Source: Eledone cirrhosa (lineage: Eukaryota). Taken from it: a stretch of 64,000 nucleotides of DNA. The notes under the pieces are model-generated. The model worked only from the letters and a program-made list of their open reading frames with translations, was not told where the DNA came from and ran no database searches. A program made the position numbers and the translations under genes. Shown one piece after another: positions 54,397 through 64,000 of this stretch. The DNA is taken from positions 242,234,001-242,298,000 of the forward strand of contig OZ024743.1 of NCBI GenBank assembly GCA_964016885.1, in the 5' to 3' direction. Numbering within the stretch: the stretch's first letter is position 1; each line of letters begins with the position of its first letter.

Positions 54397-54461
54397 TTCA
54401 CCGTTATTCGAACTGTTTATGTTCGATATTTAAACACTCTTATCGAGGATTGGCGAATGTA

Positions 54462-54572
54462 TGTTTACATAGCCATCTGTGGATCCGCCATCCCACTTGG
54501 CCCTTGTGTGGCATTATCACCACGCTGTATACGGACACACATAAACAAACAAACACACGGGCAGAAAGGGCC
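54462..54572 (-). ncRNA. Candidate HDV-like ribozyme (atypical) in the R4 5' UTR
   Basis: P1 GGCCCTT/AAGGGCC, P2 TGTTTAT/GTAAACA, P3 GTGTG/CACAC, L3 starting TCC, P4 GTGG..CCAC and J4/2 GGCTAT, all in HDV order. Confidence 0.5.
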
Positions 54573-55612
54573 CCAAAAATGAATAAGCATAAGTTTCATT
54601 GTAATGTAGTATTCGAATGTCTGACTTAGTTTTTGTTTTTTAAGTTTTACTTTTTCCCCCCTCTTCTCTGTCCGTCCGCCTGCCTCTCTCTTCATTCTTA
54701 TTTTCTTTACGTTTTGGGGGTTTCTTTTTTTGTTTTTGTTTTTCTCTGTTTTTCTCGTTTTTTACTGTTGTTGCTGTGCTGCTTTTGTTGTTTATTTTTT
54801 CTTTTTTCTTTTGAGTCTATCTATATATTTTGATGCCTTCCTCTTTTTTAGCAGTAGGGATTCTATAATGTGGTGGCAGCAGCCAGCTAAAAGAAGAAGT
54901 GGGAGACTGGCGGCGGTAGCGATACTGAGACAGTGGTGGTGGTGATGTCGATACCGAGGCAGTGGTGGCGGTGATGTGACCGTATTACTGTAGCGATGGT
55001 GCTGTAGCGGTGGCAGCAGTGAAGGAGTGAAGGGGTGGTGGCGGCGGTGATGGGATAATGGTTGTAATGATGGCCGTAGTGATCGGTGGTGGTTTAGTGT
55101 ACCCAGGTGATAGGGTGGGTGGTGTATCTAGTTTCTGGTGTTGGTGAGTTTGGCTGTTCTATATAGTGTATACAGAGGAGGAGGGGGGGGGGGTTCTTCT
55201 TCCATTTATAGCCATTTTCTTTTTTGGATATACAGTGTACAATACAAAGTTGAATATTTGAATATTTGAGCCTTATAACAATATATTTTGGGTCCGAATT
55301 TTTTGGGGCTCAAGCCGGGTGCTTTACGTAGCATTTGTACTAAGAGTTGTTATTTCACAAATGGTTTAAATATGTTAAAAATTCAAAACTTACGGGAGCG
55401 ATTTCATGACCTCCGTCACCTCGTGCGTCTTCTTCCCTTATCTTCCATTATTATTATTATCATTATCAATATTATTATTGTGATTATCATTATTGTTATC
55501 ATTATTATTATCATTATTATCGTTATTATTACTATTGTTGTTGTTCCTGTTGATGTCGTTATTTTAAATGTACTACATCTATGGGCATTGCTGCCATCTG
55601 TAATACATCTGC

Positions 55613-55722
<110 letters not shown>

Positions 55723-55763
55723 GTTACTATTATTATTACTTTTTTATTTATTTTTCCAATTCA

Positions 55764-58033
55764 ATGATGTTCCAGAACAATATAAAAGCGATAATTGGCA
55801 ATTTAGGTTCTGGAACAAAAAAGATAGTTGACAATAAGGGCAGGGGCCCCAGGTTATCACAGCCTGGGCCCGCTCGTCATCGTGCCATTGTAATAGAGCC
55901 AAACAAGGCATTTAGTCTTGGCTGCTGGAACGTACGGACGCTGCTTGACAGGGATTCCTTGGAGCGTCCTGAACGAAGGACCGCTCTTGTTGCAAAGGAG
56001 CTTCGACGTTACGATCTTGACATCGTGGCTTTATCAGAGACGAGGTTAGCTGGAGATGGTCATCTTACAGAATTTTGTGGAGAATATACATTCTTCTGGA
56101 AAGGAAGAGATGAAGGAAGCAGAAGAGAGGCTGGGGTAGGATTTGCTGTTAAGACTGTTCTTGTGAATAAATTAGAAGAATTCCCAGTAGGGATTAGTGA
56201 GCGTCTTATGTCCATGAGAGTTCCGCTGGACAAAGGAAAATATGCGACCCTGGTGAGTGTGTATGCTCCAACTATGAATTCTGTCGATGAAGAAAAAGTG
56301 TCCTTTTACCATGCCTTGAAAGGTGTTTTAAGAAATATCCCTCAGGCAGACAAAGTCATCGTGCTTGGTGACTTTAATGCTAGAGTGGGTAGGGATTTTA
56401 ACACATGGAATGTAATCGGAAGGCATGGGGTGGGAAAGTATAACAATAATGGTATGCTCCTGCTGCAGATGTGTGAGGAGCTGGATCTGTGTGTTAACAA
56501 AAGAACAAATTCAAGACCACATGGATGCATCCTGCATCTAAGGAATGGCATCTTTTGGACTACGTCCTAGTCAGGATGCGTGACAGACAGGATGTGCAGT
56601 GTGTTCGTGCTATTCGTGGAGCTGAGTGCTGGACGGACCACCGCCTGGTACGCGCAAAAGTAATCGCTAAACGTAAAATGCGGGCTCCTGGTGCTGCCCT
56701 GCCCAAAAGATTGAATGCTGCTCGTCTTAAGGATAAAAATGTGAAGAGGACATTGGAAGAAGAGATGCAGGCTGCAGATCTTGGTGAGGATTGGCCGACT
56801 CTTAAAAAGTCGGTTTATGATGTAGGCAGGCGTGTTCTGGGATTGGTGCAGAGAAAACATCAGGACTGGTTTAATGAGAATGATGTACATATAGAAGACT
56901 TGTTGGCTGATAAGAGGCGTGCTCTGTCACGCTACTTGACGGCAAAACCACAGGAGAGGAATACGTTGCATGAGGAACTCAAGGATGTAAAATCACGTGT
57001 TAGGCGGAGTCTTTCTCAGGTGAAGGATCAGTGGTGGAGTGAGTAGGCTGGTGAGATACAAACTGCGTCTGATTCCAATAACACAAAGCTGTTGTACAGT
57101 CTCTTGCGTGAGGTTTATGGACCGTCTTCTTCTCTGGTGACACCGCTTCGCAGCAGGGATGGCAAAGAACTTCTTCGTGACTCACAAGGAATTCTACGAA
57201 GGTGGCGAGAGCACTTTGATGATCTTTTGACTCAGCCTTCTGTCGTCAGTGAAGATTTCCTCAATCTCATTCCAGAAAGTCCTGTGAAAGTAGCTCTCGC
57301 AGAACCTCCGATGCTTGTGGAGGTTGCAGTGGCTAATTCGAAGCTGAACAGTGGAAGATCTCCAGGTATGGATGGCATACATGCTGAGCTCCTACAATAT
57401 GGTGGTGAGAGACTCCTGCAACATCTTCACTCTTTGTTTGGCAGGATATGGGTTAATGAATCCGTACCTGAGGACTGGAGAGATGCAGTAATGGTGGTAT
57501 TGTACAAGGGAAAGGGTAACAGGAATGATTGTGGGAACTACAGAGGTATATCATTGCTTTCTGTCGTAGGGAAAGTTTTATGTAGGGTGCTTCTGGACCG
57601 TCTGCTGAAACACATTGCAGATTGTGTTCTTCCTGAAAGTCAATCTGGTTTTCGTGCTGGACGCGGCACTACTGATATGATCTTCTCAGCTAGACAGCTC
57701 CAGGAGAAGTGCATGGAACAAGGCTTGGATCTGTGTCAGGTTTTTGTCGATCTGACAAAAGCTTTCGATACTGTTAACAGAGATGCATTATGGAAGGTTC
57801 TCCAGAAACTTGGTTGCCCTGATAAGTTCCTTGCTTTAGTTAGGTCTTTCCATGACGACATGAAGGCTTGGGTTAATGTCGAAGGTAACATGTCGGAGCC
57901 TATCTCAGTAAAAAATGGAGTGAAACAGGGGGATATTCCAGCACCAACCCTGTTTGCCATATACTTTGCAATGGTTTTCTGTATTGCATTCAGGAATTGC
58001 GAGCATGGTGTTTACATCCGATATCGAACCTCA
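55764..58033 (+). pseudogene. 5' half of an RTE-clade LINE (APE endonuclease and N-terminal RT)
   Basis: Motifs WNVRTL, ALSETR, VSVYAPT, LGDFNARVG, LDYV, TDHRLV, NYRGISLL, FVDLTKAFD and GVKQGD. Frameshift near 56500, TAG at 57044, and an abrupt end at GVYIRYRTS. Confidence 0.93.
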
Positions 58034-58250
58034 TACAGTCATACATACATACATACAAACATACAGACATACATACATACATACAAACATACAGACATAC
58101 ATACAGACAGACAGACAGACATACATACAGACATGCATACAGACAGACATACATACAGACAGACATACAGATATACATACATACATACATACATACATAC
58201 ATACATACATACATACATACATACATACATACATACATACATACATACAA

Positions 58251-61200
58251 ACATGACAGACCATACAACACTAGAGTCAGTAAAGAACCCACTAAATTGG
58301 AATTGGAAGCGGTGAACGAAATAGCTGGCAATTATCTGAAGGCTATACGATCTAAAGGTGTAGAAACGACATTTGAAACGCTTAATGTTTTGTTATATGT
58401 TTCAGCTGTCACATTGCTATCATATAACACACATCTAAAACCACGCAATCAAGATACAAACAGAAAGCCTGAACCAGCGTGGATGCGAAATTTAAAAACC
58501 AAAATTTTGTCCCTGAGACGAAGTATCTCACACATCGCAGTCGTTATGAAAAGCAACATAGAGAGCAACTTCACACGACACCAGGAAGACCTAAAGAAAA
58601 AGTTAGAGAGACGATTTGGAGATACAAAATTTAAAACTTTGAACTCCAAATTACACCAGTTGAAACAACAACTCACAGCTACAACAGAAAGACTAAAATA
58701 TAAGTCAACAGCACATAAACGACAAGTGCTAAATAGATTGTTTGCCAGAGATCCTAAATCAGTTTATCGCAGCTTAGGTGGCAAAAGCTCAATCCCTGTA
58801 AACGACACCCCTTCAAAAGAACAGGTTGAGAGCTACTGGAGATCTGTATGGGAAACGGATGACAAGCTAATTGGCTAAAAGAACTGGAACAGGACTACTG
58901 CCAACATGTTCAGACAAAACAATATGACATAGATGGGTCAATACTGGAAACAGCTCTACAGAAAATGTCGAATAGGAAATCGCCAGGCCCAGACCTCATT
59001 ACAGGATACTGGTTGAAGAATTTCACTTTCTATCGACAAGATCTCATACGGCTGTTTACAGAAACCATTAAGGGCACACAAGAACTGCCCAGATGGTTAT
59101 CAACTGCCACTACTCTCCTCATTCCCCAAAATAGCCAAACCACCCTTGCTAAAAATTACCGCCCAATTGCCTGCCAAAACATCATGTATAAATTATATAC
59201 TGGGTGCCTTAACCTGTTCTTACAGGATCACTGTGCTACCAACAACATCATAACACCTGAGCAAGCTGGTGGAAAGAGGGAGGTGTGGGGTTGCATAGAT
59301 CACCTACTAACTAACAAAATGGTTCAGGAAAAAACAACAAAGAATCGCAGAAACATGACTGTCGTGTGGCTGGACTAGCAAAAAGCATTTGATAGTGTAC
59401 CTCATGGGTGGATTATTAAGGCGTTACAGTTAGCTAAAGTCCCACAACCATTGGTAGCTGCTGTTGAACGCCTGACCAAGAACTGGTACACCAATTTGAT
59501 CCTTAGAGGTGAGAGGGAGCAGGTTAAGACTGATAAGATACATTACCAGAAGGGCATCTTTCAGGGTGATAGCTTGTCGGTACTACTCTTCGTTCCCTCA
59601 CTGAATCCACTATCTTACCTACTCAGGAAACAAGGTGGACAAAGAAGTGGGCCCAGAAGTATCTCCCATCTTTTCTTTGTTGATGACCTGAAGTTGTATG
59701 GGCCAAATATCAATGACATCAAGAAACAATTGGACCTCATTACACAATTTTCAACCGACATCAGAATGAAATTTGGTGAGTCCAAGTGTGCATATTTAGC
59801 AGTAAAACGTGGAAGAGCTGTGCCCTCCTCTAGAAATCTAGAGATGAACGGCCTGACAATGCAACCTCTGCAGTCAGGTGACAACTACAGATATCTTGGA
59901 CAGGATGAGAATGTCAGATATGATGGACCCATAAATAAGGAAAGAACCAGAACTGAATACTTCAGAAGAGTAAAGAAAATATGGTCATCAGAACTGTCAG
60001 CATACAACAAATACATTGCCCACAATACTTATGCTGTGCCAATTCTAACGCCAACATTTGGCCTACTGAACTGGTCATTGCAAGAACTAAGTGAGATGGA
60101 TGTTAGAACTCGAAAACTTCTCAGTGTTACTGGGAACTTTAACATCAATGGTGATGTGGATAGGCTATACTTCTCACGCAAGGAAGGTAGCCGGTGTCTA
60201 AAATCAATATTAACAACATATGAGATCCGGATAGTAACACTGAAGCAACACCTTCAACAGAGGAAAAAGGTTGGCAACCATCTTGCTCAGGTTTATGAGC
60301 ATGAAAAAAGAAATATCATTAGAATAGCGACTGATCTGGAGGAGAGATATGGAATAAAGCCTGATATAAATCTCTCACCCAGAGAAATCGGAAGATCCTA
60401 TTCAATGTTCAAACAAGATAAATGAATTGACCAATTTACAGAAAAAGTTGTGCATGGATACTTGAGGCGTAAAACACAGACCATAGAGGGGATAAACCAC
60501 TCAAAAAGCCTGGCATGGAGTTCCGACAAGTTTATGACATCACACCTTGAGTGATATCTCTATGCAATACAGGAACAAGAACTCCCTACCAAATATCTGC
60601 TGCACAAAAGAGGAGAGCCAGCAGCTGACAATAAATATAGGCTATGTAAAACAAAGATCGAGGATGTAAGCCACATTGTTGCCAGCTGCGAAAGAATGTC
60701 ATCTCGCTACTACCTCCCCATGAGACACGATGGGGTAGCTAGAGTCATCTGGAACGCACTTCGGAAAACAAAATTAACAACAAACGAGGAAGAATATATT
60801 GAGACAGATAGCACTAAGGAATACTGGTGGAACCTGAAAATAAAAACTGCCACCAAATTAAAGCACAACCGGCCTGATATTGTAGTTTGGGACCTCACAT
60901 TAAAAACGTGTTCTGTTGTGGAGATCAGCTGCCCACTTGATGTAAACGTTGTCAGAAAAATACAGGAGAAGGAGGACATCTACGGACCATTGATGAGGAG
61001 TTTACAAATCCAGTATCCAAGATACACCTTTAGCTTCATACCCATCATTATTGGTGCTACGGGTTATATACCAACCCGCTTGGACCAAAGTATGACTGAA
61101 CTTGGATTTGCGGACAAAAAGCGCAGCTCCCTAATTCATAGTCTACAAATGGCTGCGATAGCTGGCACCTTCAAAATTTGCAAAACATTCTTGCGATTCA

Positions 61201-61290
61201 AGGGATGACAATTTCTTTTCTTTTACAACCTTGCCACCAGGAAGGTGGCCGGTCAAAAAAAATATACTCGAAATTAAGAGAAAGAGAAAA
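58251..61290 (+). pseudogene. 5'-truncated, decayed R4-clade retrotransposon flanked by (CATA)n
   Basis: Motifs EPAWMRNL, KSPGPD, NYRPIAC, WLD*QKAFD, GIFQGDSLS, FVDD, RHD, RPDIVV and IIIGATG, with a frameshift near 58870 and several stops. Coding ends at 61208. Confidence 0.92.
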
Positions 61291-62016
61291 CATACAGACA
61301 CACATACATACATACGTACATACATACATACATACATACATACATACATACATACATACATACAGACATACATACAGACATGCATACAGACAGACATACA
61401 TACAGACAGACATACAGATATACATACAGACATACAGACATACATACAGACAGACAGACATACAGACATACATACATACAGACATACATACATACAGACA
61501 TACATACATACATGCAGACATACATACAGACATACATACATACAGACATGCATACAGACAGACATACATACAGACAGACATACAGATATACATACAGACA
61601 TACAGACATACATACAGACAGACAGACATACATACAGACATACATACAGACAGACAGACATACAGACAGACATACAGATATACATACAGACATACATACA
61701 TACAGACAGACATACATACAGACATACATACAGACATAGATACATACATACATACATACAGACAGACATACAGACAGACATAGATACATGCATACATACA
61801 TACATACAGACAGACATACATACATACATACATACAGACAGGCATACATATAGACATACATACATACATCAGACATATATACATACATACATACGTACGT
61901 ACATACATACATACATACAGACAGACAGACATACATACAGACATAGGTACATACATACATACATACATACATACATACATACATACATACATACATACAT
62001 ACATACATACATACAT

Positions 62017-62607
62017 GGAGGCTGCCAACTCGTCTTCGAGTACGGCCACTACTTTATATCCATGTAGGAGAACTCCTACCGAGGCGCTGAACAAGTGTGA
62101 CTTTTTAGTCCAGCCAGTGACTTGAAACCTCTGGTACAAACACTACACTTGTGACAATTATTGACACATAGTGCTGGGCCCATGGTACCATGTGACGACA
62201 AGTGCAGAGAGATCTCCAGATATAAAGCAATGCCTGTGCCGTGAAGCTTTTATAGTGAGTAAAGGCACTGCACGAAGCCAGTCCCACTCTCTTAACCAAG
62301 ATGATATTTACCAAAAAGAAGAACAAGTCAACATCATTGGATACCATCAGGGTTGCAGGTGTTATATCAGAGTATTCCTTCTCCTAGAATTCTGCCTTGA
62401 CAAAGGCTAAGGGGTCATCTCTCCCGACGATTTTGGATGGCCATTGACTCTTAAGAGCTCCTTTGCCCTTTGACAGGTTTTGTTTTTAGTCCTACAGGAT
62501 GTCCAAAGTCACCCTCCTCACCAAGAAAACTTGGTGGGGTTGCCAGTTTAGTCGCCAACGACCCGACCATGGGACAGGTTGTACTGGAATACAACTGGTG
62601 ACCTGAC
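62017..62607 (-). mobile_element. Non-autonomous bipartite RTE derivative (family B, copy 1)
   Basis: Structured 5' leader joined to a zinc-finger remnant (CSVCTRGFKSLAGLKSH), an RTE-type tail and (ATGT)n. Confidence 0.85.
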
Positions 62608-62630
62608 ATACATACATATTCATACATACA

Positions 62631-62664
<34 letters not shown>

Positions 62665-62826
62665 CAGTCATACATACATACAGACATACATACATACATA
62701 CAGACATACATACATACATACATACATACAGACATACAGTCATACAGACATACATACAGACATACATACAGACATACATACATACATCCATACACACATA
62801 CATACATACATACATACATACATACA

Positions 62827-62860
<34 letters not shown>

Positions 62861-63109
62861 CAGTCATACAGACATACATGCAGACATACATACATACATA
62901 CATACATACATACATACATTCATACAGTCATATATACAGTCATACATACATACATACATACATACATACATACATACAGACATACATACAGTCATATATA
63001 CAGTCATACATACAGACATACATACATACATACATACATACATACATACATACATACATACATACATACATACAGCCACACACAGTCATACAGACATACA
63101 TACAGACAT

Positions 63110-63709
63110 GGTGGCTGCCAACTCGTTTTCGAGTACGGCCACTACTTTATATCCATGTAGGAGAACTCCTACCGAAGCGCTGAACGAGTGTAACTTTTTA
63201 GTCCAGCCAGCGACTTGAAAACTCTGGTACAAACACTACACTTGTGACAATTATTGACACATAGTGCTGGTATCATGTGACGACAAGTGCAGAGAGATCT
63301 CCAGATATAAAGCAATGCCTGTGCCGTGAAGCTTTTATAGTGAGCAAAGGTACTGCACAAAGCCAGTCCCACTCTCTTAACCAAGATGATATTTACCAAA
63401 AAGAAGAACAAGTCAACATCATTGGATACCATCAGGGTTGCAGGTGTTATATCAGAGTTTTCCTTCTCCTAGAATTCTGCCTTGACAAAGGCTAAGGGGT
63501 CATCTCTCCCGGTGATTTTGGATGGCCATTAACTCTTAAGAGCTCCTTTGCTCTTTGACAGGTTTTGTTTTTAGTCCTGCAGGATGTCCAAAGTCACCCT
63601 CCTCACCAAGAAACCTTGGTGAGGTTGCCAGTTTAGTCGCCAACGACCCGACCATGAGTCAGGTTGTACTGGGATACATGTTACCAGTAGCACCAACTGG
63701 TGACCTGAC
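63110..63709 (-). mobile_element. Non-autonomous bipartite RTE derivative (family B, copy 2)
   Basis: Near-identical to 62017-62607 apart from small indels and substitutions. Confidence 0.85.
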
Positions 63710-63719
63710 ATATGTACAT

Positions 63720-63877
63720 ACACACATACATACACATACACACACATATACACACACATACATTAATAACAATAATAATAATAATAATGATAATAATAGC
63801 AATAATAATAATAACGACAACAACAATAATAATATACATATTCACATATTTATACACACACACGCACGCACATAAGC

Positions 63878-63921
<44 letters not shown>

Positions 63922-64000
63922 TAGCAACTAACAGTACTGCGATCGAATGTGGCTTTTTAGCCCAGCCAATGATCTAAAATGTCTTGCACAGAGTCGGCAA
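63720..64000 (-). mobile_element. 3' end of a second RTE copy running off the window
   Basis: Matches ~47600-47870, including the stop codon and compound microsatellite. Confidence 0.9.

Larger units (their letters stand above)
50930..55445 (-). mobile_element. Probably full-length R4/Dong-clade non-LTR retrotransposon between (TAA)n tracts
   Basis: Intact ORF, short 3' UTR, then (TAA)n at 50874-50929. The 5' boundary is uncertain: either ~54575 or ~55445, where the upstream (TAA)n field starts. Confidence 0.7.

Overview
This is AT-rich, microsatellite-saturated animal DNA, most likely intronic or intergenic octopus/cephalopod sequence (inferred from the SINE families and the (AT)n/(CATA)n/(GGT)n load). 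I find no supportable host gene, and nearly all tracked ORFs are repeat artefacts. The window holds two tRNA-derived SINE superfamilies, degraded mariner and Chapaev-like transposons, two MITEs, a CR1-type fragment and several satellites. A retroelement nest at 47.4-64 kb contains an intact 1130-aa R4/Dong-clade element between (TAA)n tracts, a decayed R4-clade element between (CATA)n tracts, an RTE LINE split into oppositely oriented halves, and non-autonomous RTE derivatives. The most interesting signals are RNA structures. (1) A 310-bp unit is repeated tandem-then-inverted at 9.3-10.5 kb, and each unit carries a minimal type I hammerhead fold (retrozyme/Penelope-like). (2) Three further hammerhead families sit in (AT)n-embedded remnants. 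(3) An atypical HDV-like pseudoknot lies upstream of the intact R4 ORF. (4) The non-autonomous RTE elements have a covarying multi-hairpin 5' leader. All folds were read by eye and are untested.
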